Shown here: positions 1 to 8,570 of the stretch, in pieces | Layout: the number at the start of each line of letters is the position of its first letter | Numbering within the stretch: position 1 is the first letter of the stretch | Source: Acidobacteriota bacterium | GTDB taxonomy: Bacteria; Acidobacteriota; UBA6911 | Reading direction: 5' to 3' | DNA: 64,000 nt | NCBI GenBank assembly: GCA_963664705.1 | Contig: OY761556.1 | Span: 5,504,001 to 5,568,000, forward strand | Program-made: the position numbers and the translations under genes | The notes under the pieces: generated by a model | Told to the model about the DNA's origin: nothing | What the model saw: the letters and a program-made list of their open reading frames with translations, nothing else | The model's database searches: none

Positions 1-569
1 CATCTACCGGTTCAGAACTATGCAAAGAGAGCCAGCCGACAATGCCGCACATTTATTTACCTGAGAAGAAAAAGAGCACGCCCGTTGATCCCGGCATCCT
101 CACACTTTCCCGTAGCCCTCTAGATCGGGTTCTGATTGCCGGCAGGGATCAACCCGGCGAAAGACAGCCTTGACCCATAGGTCCGATTTCGTCTGAGGTG
201 TCCGCTATCGGTATATGAGAAACAGGGTATTTTACGACGGTCTCCCCGCCGCTGTGAAGCATTGCTTTATCCATGGGTTTACCGCTGGATTTGAGAGCCC
301 TTAGCTCCTGAATCGAAAACAATGCAGGATTGGTCCCATGCGATCCTGCCTGCCCGATCGATTCCCCCAATCCAAAATGCCCCCGGCACTTTTATATTGC
401 CTTTCACTGAATTAATAACTATTTTCGATATCCTGACAATGGTGTCTGATGCTGTTGGCGGGAAGAGCCGCGAACTTTAACCACCACGGACAACTCAAGT
501 TCACAACGGAGCGGCAATTGGCAGCGGGGAAAAGACCACTCCCTGGCGCGGCGCCGGCTTAGGTTTAAT

Positions 570-3500
570 ATGAATTCCAGATTGCAGGCTTTTTGTAAAA
601 CGCTCATGGAGGCCGGCTGGCTAGCGGCCGTGGCGATCATTCCGCTGTTCTTTAACGCCTCTTCCATTCAGACATTTGAGCCGGGCAAGTCATTTGTGCT
701 CAAAAGTCTGGCGCTGATTTCCGGGGCAGCCTGGCTGCTAAGGCGAATAGACGAAGGCGGCCTGCAAATCGGGCAACAATTTAAGTCTCTCATGCGGAAG
801 CCGTTGGTATTTCCTGTCTTCATTCTCGCGGGAGTTTATCTGGTGAGTTCCGCGCTTTCGGTGGCGCCTCATCTTAGCTGGTGGGGTGCGTACTATGAAG
901 CCCAGGGGACAGCGACATTCCTGTGCTATGCAGTTTTTTTCCTTATTGTCCTGACCGAATTGCGCAGCCCCGACCAGGTGAACAGATTGCAATACACCAT
1001 TGTGTTGACCAGCATTCCTGTCGCAGGCTATGCGGTGACGCAGCGTTTTGGAGGAGACCCCTTTCGGTGGGAAGATGCATTTGATGGCCGTTCCGGTGGG
1101 AGCATGGGAAATCCCATTTTTCTGGGCGGCTATCTGATTATGGTAATTCCCCTGACTTTTTGCCGGCTCATTGATGGGCTAAAAGTGTTCCGAAGTGTCT
1201 CTGACCGACGGCCTGTTTTAGTGCGCGCTTGTTTTTGCGGCCTGGCTTTGGTGCTACAGGTTCTGGCTCTTCTTTATACCGAAAGTCGCGGGCCCCTGCT
1301 GGGCTTGGCTGTCGCCGGCTATTTTTGCCTTTCGATTTATCTGATTTTGAGCAAATCGCCTCGACAATCCGGCGCCGCGATTTCTGTTACCCCTGTTTTG
1401 TTGGGAGTTTTTATTCCTGTTCTTGCGCTGGCGGCGGTCCTCCTGGCTTCACGCTTTTTCCCGGGACATGTTTTTGCATGTCTTGAGGTTGTGGTTGCCA
1501 TCATCGCGATTTTGTTTTGGAGCATCTGGAAAACCGCGTGGGGCCGGTCCTGGCTTTGGCTGACATTTCTCGTCCAACCCCTGGTTCTATCTCTTGCGGT
1601 TGCGGTTATTCCGGCGAACATTGCATTCAGAAGTCAGGGGCCGATCGCACCTTTCGGCCGCATTACGCAGCTCTCGGATCCGGGAGTTAAATACAGAGAG
1701 GGTCTTTGGGAGACCGGGGCGCGTTTTCTGAAGGATGGCCCCAAAGCAGATCTGCCGGATGGAACTCCCGATAGCTATCACGTTTTGCGTTCCGTTCTGG
1801 GCTATGGCCCGGAATGTACGTGGTTCGTTACCAATACACTCGCGACTCCTTCATTGATTCGCTACCGCTTCCAGGAATCTGAGAATCGGATGCACAATGA
1901 GATATTTGACGATCTCATCACAACCGGCTATGCCGGGACAGTGGCATATCTGATCCTTGTGGCCAGTGCTTTTTACTACTCTCTTCAGTTTGTCGGATTT
2001 TCCTTTGAGCGGCGCGCCAGGATTGGTTTCGTCGTGCTTGCCATTATCGGGGTCCTTGCCGGCTTATTGATTCCGTGGATGGCCGGCATCCCGCAGTTCA
2101 TAGGCCTTGGGATTACGGTGGGGCTGTTGGCCGGTATTTTTGCATCGATTCTCTGGAGCGGGATTCGATCGCAAGGTGGAGTGGAAATTAGCGCGCGTCA
2201 ACTGCTGGTTCTTGGAATCCTTGGCGCGCTCACCGCTCACTTTATTGAGATTTCAGTAGCGGTTTCCGTCACGTCTACCCGTGTCTATTTCTATCTGTAC
2301 CTGGCGCTGATTGCCGTCTGTTGTTCCGGAGATTGGGTCGCGCAGGAACAGCCCGCAAAGCGCGCCAAAGCCAAATCCTTGAATGCAGAAGCGAATCCAT
2401 GGGTAGCCTTTGCCGCGATCGCCTCCGTTATCGTGTTCGTGCAAACCTGGTGTTTTACCTTTAGCCCCGGAAATGAAACGAGCGCGATCGAGCTTTTCTC
2501 CAAATGCTGGTTCGGCACTTTCGATGGAGGTCAGACCCGGGTCCACACGGCAGTATTGTTGATGCTGCTGACGATTTTTGCCGGTGCGGCCCTTACGTAT
2601 GCCGAGGCTTCCAAGACATCCGCTTGGAAATCCATCATCGGCTTTTCCGCCTTGCTGGCGGGGGTGTGGCTCATTGCGGGCCTGATGTCGGCCTACTTTT
2701 GGGCAGGGTTGGATAACCCAACGCCCCTTGATTACTCCCAACATGCCGAAGCGCGGATGACCCTGTTCGTATTTGGCTGTTTGTTTCTGATCGCAGCAGT
2801 AACTCTTATTCTGCGCGCTGCCGGGCTGCCCGGATCAAAGGATAATTCCGTTCGGAGTTTCGCTGTAATCGCCGGAATTCTCCTGATCATTGGGGCCGGG
2901 ATAGGGACCTGGCGATTGACACTTCGCCCGGCATGGGCAGATATTGCGGCACGCACCGCGCGCATCTATGAATCCACTGGAGATGCTCGCTCTGCCTCCC
3001 TTTTGTACGAAAGAGCCGTAGGGCTGTCGCCCCAAGTGATCCAATACCATTTCTATCTCGGACTGGCACAGATTAAAGCTGCGGGTTTCGATCGTATACG
3101 GTTGGACCAGGCGCGGGCAACCCTGCAAGAAGCCCAAGCTCTGAATGCTTTGGATCCTGTTGTCTACCGGACTTTTGGCACATACCATCTGTATGTGGGG
3201 GAACATTCCTCTGATCCGCAGACTCGGAATACGGAAATTACCCAGGCGATAGGATATTTTGAAAAGGCGCAGAAACTGGCTCCCGGCTATCCCAATGCGT
3301 ACGATGAAAAAGGACGATGCCTTTCACTCCTGGGCAGCTATGAACAGGCGGAGAATGTTTTTCAAAGATCGATGCAGATGCATCCGGATTACTGGCTCAC
3401 TTACAAATACAGGGGTGAGATGCAGTATCGGCAAAGAAATTTTGAGGCTGCGCTTCAAAGTTTCAACAAGGCAGCGGGACTAAATCCAAATGACCTGGAC

Positions 3501-3755
3501 TGCCCGAAAAACGCCGGCGTCCTGCTCGTTCTTCTGGGCCGGCCGGGCGAGGCCATTCGCATAACTCTGGAAGCGCTAAAAAAGGCCCCCAATGATTCCA
3601 TGCTGCTGGCAAACGTCGCGTCCTGGTATTTCCTCGCAGGAGATTACAATGCAGGCACCGATTTTGCGAAGCGTGCCTATGACCTAATTCCAGGCGCATC
3701 TAAAGGTAGTTTTGCGGATTATAGGGAGAAGCTGCAGAATAAAACGTGGAACTAG
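570..3755 (+). CDS. O-antigen ligase/oligosaccharyltransferase (Wzy_C-type) polytopic membrane protein with C-terminal TPR repeats
   Basis: 1061 aa with many TM helices. Motifs GNPIFLGGYL, TESRGPLLGL, GYGPE and RMHNEIFD are typical of the WaaL/PglL-like family. The last ~270 aa are TPR-like helical repeats. Confidence 0.8.
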   Translation: MNSRLQAFCKTLMEAGWLAAVAIIPLFFNASSIQTFEPGKSFVLKSLALISGAAWLLRRIDEGGLQIGQQFKSLMRKPLVFPVFILAGVYLVSSALSVAPHLSWWGAYYEAQGTATFLCYAVFFLIVLTELRSPDQVNRLQYTIVLTSIPVAGYAVTQRFGGDPFRWEDAFDGRSGGSMGNPIFLGGYLIMVIPLTFCRLIDGLKVFRSVSDRRPVLVRACFCGLALVLQVLALLYTESRGPLLGLAVAGYFCLSIYLILSKSPRQSGAAISVTPVLLGVFIPVLALAAVLLASRFFPGHVFACLEVVVAIIAILFWSIWKTAWGRSWLWLTFLVQPLVLSLAVAVIPANIAFRSQGPIAPFGRITQLSDPGVKYREGLWETGARFLKDGPKADLPDGTPDSYHVLRSVLGYGPECTWFVTNTLATPSLIRYRFQESENRMHNEIFDDLITTGYAGTVAYLILVASAFYYSLQFVGFSFERRARIGFVVLAIIGVLAGLLIPWMAGIPQFIGLGITVGLLAGIFASILWSGIRSQGGVEISARQLLVLGILGALTAHFIEISVAVSVTSTRVYFYLYLALIAVCCSGDWVAQEQPAKRAKAKSLNAEANPWVAFAAIASVIVFVQTWCFTFSPGNETSAIELFSKCWFGTFDGGQTRVHTAVLLMLLTIFAGAALTYAEASKTSAWKSIIGFSALLAGVWLIAGLMSAYFWAGLDNPTPLDYSQHAEARMTLFVFGCLFLIAAVTLILRAAGLPGSKDNSVRSFAVIAGILLIIGAGIGTWRLTLRPAWADIAARTARIYESTGDARSASLLYERAVGLSPQVIQYHFYLGLAQIKAAGFDRIRLDQARATLQEAQALNALDPVVYRTFGTYHLYVGEHSSDPQTRNTEITQAIGYFEKAQKLAPGYPNAYDEKGRCLSLLGSYEQAENVFQRSMQMHPDYWLTYKYRGEMQYRQRNFEAALQSFNKAAGLNPNDLDCPKNAGVLLVLLGRPGEAIRITLEALKKAPNDSMLLANVASWYFLAGDYNAGTDFAKRAYDLIPGASKGSFADYREKLQNKTWN

Positions 3756-3777
3756 GCTTTACCTGCGGGTGATAAAA

Positions 3778-4048
3778 CCTGACTTGACCGAAATAGTAAC
3801 CCCATTAACCGCGAAGACCTCGAAGACCGCAAAGAAAATATTCTTGCGGTTATCGTTCTCGCCAGATCATACGCTGGATTCCATCCTTGAAGCCTCATAC
3901 ATCAGGCACCGCTGAATCGACAATAGGATGCGCAACTTCTTTCCTATCCATCACGCCATCTCATTGCCCGGCAGCAAAATGAGCCAATAGATCTTTGCGG
4001 TCTTCGAGGTCTTCGCGGTTCAAAGAAAAAACTGATAACTTAAAAAAG
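3778..4048 (-). mobile_element. Miniature inverted-repeat element, copy A (decayed GxxExxY cassette)
   Basis: Perfect 29-bp inverted repeats at 3807-3835 (aaccgcgaagacctcgaagaccgcaaaga) and 3992-4020. Block-wise homologous, in reverse orientation, to the four units at 43985-45317. Confidence 0.85.
3850..3951 (-). pseudogene. Internally deleted GxxExxY protein gene remnant
   Basis: The minus strand reads MDRKEVAHPIVDSAV from the ATG at 3951. Shifted frames then give QRCLMYE and FKDGIQRMIWRER*, resembling the N- and C-termini of GxxExxY proteins. Confidence 0.7.
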
Positions 4049-4105
4049 TTATAGAGTGAAGCTGCAGAACAAAACGTGGAACTAGGTTTTACCTGCGGGT
4101 GATAA

Positions 4106-4159
4106 AACGCCACGAATTACGCAGATGCTCTTTGCGAACTCTGCGTAACCCGTGGCGTT
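4106..4159. repeat. Palindromic hairpin (9-mer microrepeat type), probable bidirectional terminator between convergent genes
   Basis: aacgccacgaattacgcaga ... tctgcgtaacccgtggcgtt. Confidence 0.65.
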
Positions 4160-4172
4160 GTTGTTTCAGCCA

Positions 4173-6878
4173 TCAATTCGATTTTGGATCCGGCGTGGGA
4201 GTCTGCTTATTTCCCGGTGCTTCCGTCTTCGGAGTTTTTTCCTTACTGGTGTTTTTCTCCACCTTCTTTTCCTGGTTCGCTCTTTCTTTCCTGGCGTCCT
4301 GGATCTCTTCCGCCCTCTCCTTATCCTTCTCGTTCTGGAATTTGCGGACGTGCTTCAGGGAATCCTTCAACTCCTGAGACATGTCATGAAGTTTTTCCGG
4401 CGTGCGGATCACGTGCGGAGTAATCAGAATGATCAGTTCGGTTCTGGCGGCATTTCGGGTTGTTTGCCCGAATAGGGCTCCCAGGATCGGAATCTGGGAA
4501 AGGAATGGGATCCCGCTCCGCGATTCATTACTGCTGTCACGAATCAACCCCGCGATCGCGACTGTTTCGCCATCTTTTACGGATAGCGTTGTGGATACGC
4601 TTGTTTTGGAAAAACTGGGAGCACTGGTTTCTCCGATAGGAGTGCTGGCTCCCGGGGCGCTGATTTCCTGCACCAGGTCCATGGTAACGGAACCTGAAGC
4701 AGAGATGCGGGGAACCACGATCAGCGTAATCCCGGTGTCGCGGTATTCCACACTGGTCGTGCTGCCACCAACGGAAGGAGTAAAACTCGTGCCCGGATAG
4801 GGTATTTCAGAGCCGACCATGATTTGAGCCTGCTGCCCATCAAGCGCAAGAACGGAGGGCGATTCCAGCACCTTTACTTTTGTTTTCAGTCGAAGCGCTT
4901 CAATGGAGGCCATGATTTCCCGGGCGTTGCCGACAGGAACAAAAGTCTTTGCAGTCAACAAGCCATCCGAAGTGAGATCTCCGGTGGTTAATTTGGTATC
5001 TCCCTTAGCCTGGAGTGCGGCCGCCACGCCAAAATTCAGGCTGTCGGTCAAGTCCACTTCAAAAATTCGTGCATCGATCAATGCCTGCCGAGGCATGACA
5101 TCCATTTTCTTGATGGTTTCAGAGATATAGGCGTAGTCCGCCGAAGTAGCCTGGATAATGAGCGAATTGTTGATGTCATCCACCACCATGCGGACGGTAT
5201 CCTGCAATCCCGTGAGCTGGCCGCCGCGCAAAACCTGGGAGCTGATGGTCCTCTGATTATTGAGTTGAGGCCCGAGTTGCCGGCCGGCGCTGAAAGCGCC
5301 TCCGCCAAATCCTCCGTATCCTCCGCTATATCCCCCCCCATATCCGCTCGATGATCCCATGCTGGAACCGCCACCAAAAAGCCCTGATCCGGACTGGCCC
5401 GCAACCGAACCTCCGCCAGTTGCGAGACTGGTTCCGGAACCAAAGGTGCTCTGGCCGCTTCTGTTTATTCCGGCGGTTCCTGTCGGACTTGTGCTTCCCC
5501 CGCCAGATCCTCCCGCATTGCTGCCCGTGGATCCCTCGCCGCCATACAAAGCCGAAAGCATCATGGCAATATTGGAGGCTGTTGAATTTTCAACAATGTA
5601 TACGTAGGTTTGAATGTTTTTTGCGGAAGACGAGTCGAGCTCCCTAATCCAGCCCTTTACTTCCTCAAGCGCTCTCTTGGAGCTGGTCATCACGAAAATT
5701 GCATTGATGCGATCAAGGGAAACAAAAGAAACGCCAGTGGCCGAATCTTTTGATCCGGATCCATAAAGCTTTTTGAGATCATCGACCACGTCTGATGAAG
5801 AATTGTTTTGGACCTTGACCAGCTCAACCAAATCCGGGTCGAGATAGTTGTTGTCGAGCATCCGGACGATCTGAAGAATCCTGGAAATACTGTCCGTGTA
5901 ATCGGTCAGGATAAGCATATTCAGCCGCTCGAATGGCATGATGGCTCCTCCCTCGGTCATGAACAGTTTTATAGGTTCAATCAGATCCTTTACCGGCACA
6001 TATTCAACACGGATGATATTCGTGGTCAGCCGCGTCGATTTTGGGCTTTCCTCTTTGGCCGCAGGAGCAGGGGCGGTCAGTTTTTCGCCTTTTCTTGCGG
6101 CTTCCTGCTTGGCCAGAGTTTGAAACGTGGAAAGGGTGCCCGGATTTGCTCCCGCCGGTCCCATCGAAGGAGGCATGTTTGCCGGTAATTTGGCCGGTGA
6201 AGATGGCGATTCCTTAACGCCCGTTGAGCCGGGCAAGTACTCGATGATATCGACGCCTCTCTTTAAGGCCGAAGAAATCGGAATGATCTGGTAGATACCC
6301 CCCTGTCGTACCAGGGCGGCATTGTTGTTCTTGAGTATGATATTGAACAGAGGCAGGACGTCATCCTTAGAAAGGGCTTCCGAAGTGAGAAGATTCACGG
6401 TCCCCTTCACTTCCGGATCCACGATCACGGGAGTCAAACCCAGCATGCTGGTAATCTGGTTGACGAAATCATACAGATCCGCGTTCTCGAAATTCAGCTT
6501 TACTTTTCCAGCCTGTGAAGTGGAAGCCGGAACGGCAGGCGCTACCGGAGGGGCTGTGGGTTGCGGCTGCGGCGGCTGAGGCTGAGCCGATTGCGGCTGA
6601 GGCGGTGCCGGCTGTGGAGGCACCGGCTGCGAAGGCACGGGAGTTGCAACCGGGCGTGGCTGCTGGGCCGGCGGGACCTCCGGGTTCGGTTTGGCAATAG
6701 GCTGCACTTGCAGCAGTTGCTTCGAGAGGATTTCCAGTGCGCGCCGCCTGGTTTCGTCTGTACTGGGAAGACGCGCTGGATCCTGGGATGTCCATGCTAT
6801 CGAAGACAAGCCGCTTAAGAACAGCGCGGCTAGAATTACGATGATGGCTTTCCTTAAAATCTTAGTACTCATGGCCAT
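4173..6878 (-). CDS. gspD: Type II secretion secretin GspD
   Basis: Signal peptide, Pro-rich linker, N0 domain (LNFENADL), N3 domain with a Gly/Ser loop, and secretin domain (LSQIPILGALF...RTELIILITPHVI). Start set at the ATG at 6878, which follows the SD gaggagagg. Confidence 0.93.
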   Translation of the reverse strand: MAMSTKILRKAIIVILAALFLSGLSSIAWTSQDPARLPSTDETRRRALEILSKQLLQVQPIAKPNPEVPPAQQPRPVATPVPSQPVPPQPAPPQPQSAQPQPPQPQPTAPPVAPAVPASTSQAGKVKLNFENADLYDFVNQITSMLGLTPVIVDPEVKGTVNLLTSEALSKDDVLPLFNIILKNNNAALVRQGGIYQIIPISSALKRGVDIIEYLPGSTGVKESPSSPAKLPANMPPSMGPAGANPGTLSTFQTLAKQEAARKGEKLTAPAPAAKEESPKSTRLTTNIIRVEYVPVKDLIEPIKLFMTEGGAIMPFERLNMLILTDYTDSISRILQIVRMLDNNYLDPDLVELVKVQNNSSSDVVDDLKKLYGSGSKDSATGVSFVSLDRINAIFVMTSSKRALEEVKGWIRELDSSSAKNIQTYVYIVENSTASNIAMMLSALYGGEGSTGSNAGGSGGGSTSPTGTAGINRSGQSTFGSGTSLATGGGSVAGQSGSGLFGGGSSMGSSSGYGGGYSGGYGGFGGGAFSAGRQLGPQLNNQRTISSQVLRGGQLTGLQDTVRMVVDDINNSLIIQATSADYAYISETIKKMDVMPRQALIDARIFEVDLTDSLNFGVAAALQAKGDTKLTTGDLTSDGLLTAKTFVPVGNAREIMASIEALRLKTKVKVLESPSVLALDGQQAQIMVGSEIPYPGTSFTPSVGGSTTSVEYRDTGITLIVVPRISASGSVTMDLVQEISAPGASTPIGETSAPSFSKTSVSTTLSVKDGETVAIAGLIRDSSNESRSGIPFLSQIPILGALFGQTTRNAARTELIILITPHVIRTPEKLHDMSQELKDSLKHVRKFQNEKDKERAEEIQDARKERANQEKKVEKNTSKEKTPKTEAPGNKQTPTPDPKSN

Positions 6879-6948
6879 GTGGCTTCCTCTCCTCGAGAGT
6901 TTCCGCAAAACTGAATAAACACTGCGGAACCGCAACGGACGATCTGAT

Positions 6949-6974
6949 TGCGTCCAGATAAAACTTTTGTTTCC
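6949..6974 (-). promoter_or_regulatory. Candidate ECF-type promoter upstream of gspD
   Basis: Minus strand GGAAAC-N16-CGCA, resembling the AAC/CGT ECF consensus; single motif only. Confidence 0.25.
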
Positions 6975-7063
6975 ATTAGCCCAAGGTGCGATCAACAACC
7001 TTCAGGCGAGGCGGAATGGCCTCATCGGTAGTGCCGATGATCCTGTCGCTACCGTACAAACAA

Positions 7064-7894
7064 CTAACGCAAGGGACGAACGACATCGCCAAACGGCGTT
7101 CTTATCACACGCGAAGCTCCGGGTTCTGCTGCCGGTGCCGATGGGGCTGCCGCAGGCTGAGCCGCAGCGCCTCGTGAAGCTCCGGCCTGGGCGCCCGGTT
7201 GACTCGCCGATGGCTGACTTGACGATCCGACTGCTGTTACCGACGTTCTTGGAGGCGCAACCACTCCCGTGCCTCCTACGCTGATAGGCGTGCCGCCCAC
7301 GATGCTGCCCTGACCGATCGGTACTACACGAGTCGACAGAATCGGAGTTTTGCCGCCAGTCGCTTTCTTGGCACCTTCGCGCAGAGGGATGACTTCCCGA
7401 CGCGTGCCACTGGTAAGAACAATGTGATCCTGCTGGATTTCGGTAATCGTATAGCCCTGATACACATCGCCGATCTTCTTGAACTGCGCCCGGCGTCCTC
7501 CCCGGTCATTCGGTACCATCGCCGCTCCCGGCTCAATAATGGAAGCTTTCCGCTCATTATCCGCAATCGTTATGCCCACGAGTATGGGTTTGACCGTTAA
7601 CGGCGGAGGTTCCGGCGGAGCGAGATTGACCACGACCTCCTCTTTGCTTCTAATGTCGGCGAATACGTTCTTTTCCGGGATGACCGCGAACTCGGCGGCA
7701 TTGTACTTGGCGGGCGAAAAGGCTTTGGGCGCCTGCTTCTCCGGAAGCATCATCTTTTTGAGATCCGGCGCCGGCTGGATTTTTGCCACGCTGTTTTGAG
7801 CCTTGAAGTGTCGGATCGCCACGCGAAGCTGCCATCCGAGCTCAGCCGTAATCGCAAGCAGGAGTAAGTTAATTGCAATCCATTTTTTCGTCAT
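7064..7894 (-). CDS. GspC/PilP-like T2SS protein
   Basis: N-terminal TM, HR-like domain (LVGITI...KIGDVYQGYTITEI), low-complexity tail; lies between gspM and gspD. Confidence 0.7.
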   Translation of the reverse strand: MTKKWIAINLLLLAITAELGWQLRVAIRHFKAQNSVAKIQPAPDLKKMMLPEKQAPKAFSPAKYNAAEFAVIPEKNVFADIRSKEEVVVNLAPPEPPPLTVKPILVGITIADNERKASIIEPGAAMVPNDRGGRRAQFKKIGDVYQGYTITEIQQDHIVLTSGTRREVIPLREGAKKATGGKTPILSTRVVPIGQGSIVGGTPISVGGTGVVAPPRTSVTAVGSSSQPSASQPGAQAGASRGAAAQPAAAPSAPAAEPGASRVIRTPFGDVVRPLR

Positions 7895-7952
7895 CCTGAC
7901 CTTCTTCGCTCCCGCACCAATGTTTCCGCGGGCGCTGCATCAAAAAACTGAA

Positions 7953-8567
7953 TCATCCGTCAATACGAAGCGCTGCCAAACTTGCCTGGGCAGCAGGCTT
8001 CTCTTTTGGCTTTTCTTCCTGGGTGCGAATAAATCCCGATATAACCATGCTGGGCCGAATCTCGTACCGCTTCTGGATTCGGAGGCTGCTGACAACCAGT
8101 TCATCCACTTTCAGCAGCTTCTCATAGCTTTCAATGGCGGCAAGGAATTGCACCAATTGTTCAGGCGTGCAATTGGCCTCTATCCTGATCGATATTTTCG
8201 TGGCGATGTCAGGGATCTTCCTGTCGGGCTGAATATTGCGCTGAGGAATTTCGACTCCGCTCTGGTCCGCCAGTTCTTTGACCACTCGCTGCAGCTCCGC
8301 TCCGGCCATACTTGCATTCTCGCCGGGCAGGAAATAGGAGAGGTCCTTTTGCAGCTGCTTCTGATACTGATCCAGGCGGGTCTTGTAAACGTCCTCACGG
8401 CTCAACGTATCCCTCTGACTCCGCAGCATTCTCTTTTTCAGTTCCACTTCCTGGGATAGATTCTGACTGTCCGGGATCAGCTCCGTAGCTGCATAGTAGA
8501 TCCCCACCACCAGCAAAGCTCCAATGGCAATCAGAATGGACATTTTTTCTCTCGGAGTCACCTTCAC
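7953..8567 (-). CDS. gspM: Type II secretion GspM/PilO-like protein
   Basis: TPREK-TM-coiled coil-ferredoxin-like region (GAELQ...LVQFLAAIE); operon position. Confidence 0.8.
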   Translation of the reverse strand: MKVTPREKMSILIAIGALLVVGIYYAATELIPDSQNLSQEVELKKRMLRSQRDTLSREDVYKTRLDQYQKQLQKDLSYFLPGENASMAGAELQRVVKELADQSGVEIPQRNIQPDRKIPDIATKISIRIEANCTPEQLVQFLAAIESYEKLLKVDELVVSSLRIQKRYEIRPSMVISGFIRTQEEKPKEKPAAQASLAALRIDG

Positions 8568-8570
8568 GGG

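Larger units (their letters stand above)
3719..4108. repeat. 60-bp direct repeat (3719-3778 and 4049-4108) duplicating the 3' end and stop codon of the 570-3755 gene, flanking an inserted element
   Basis: ttatagggagaagctgcagaataaaacgtggaacTAGgctttacctgcgggtgataaaac versus ttatagagtgaagctgcagaacaaaacgtggaactaggttttacctgcgggtgataaaac; 4 mismatches, offset 330 bp. Confidence 0.95.

Noticed and set aside
149-370. 73-aa ORF or riboswitch in the first 570 bp
   Set aside because: No recognisable motif, SD or aptamer consensus.
3870-3900. Variable 31-37 bp segments inside the element as guide or spacer sequences
   Set aside because: No match to their insertion targets was seen, and they are better explained as reciprocal deletions of one GxxExxY ORF between short direct repeats.
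4035-4052. ataact-taaaaa-agttat as a tyrosine recombinase site
   Set aside because: Only 6-bp arms, absent from copies B1-B4, and no recombinase nearby.
6510-6690. Pro/Gln- and Gly/Ser-rich repeats in gspD as DNA repeats
   Set aside because: Ordinary low-complexity linkers of secretins.
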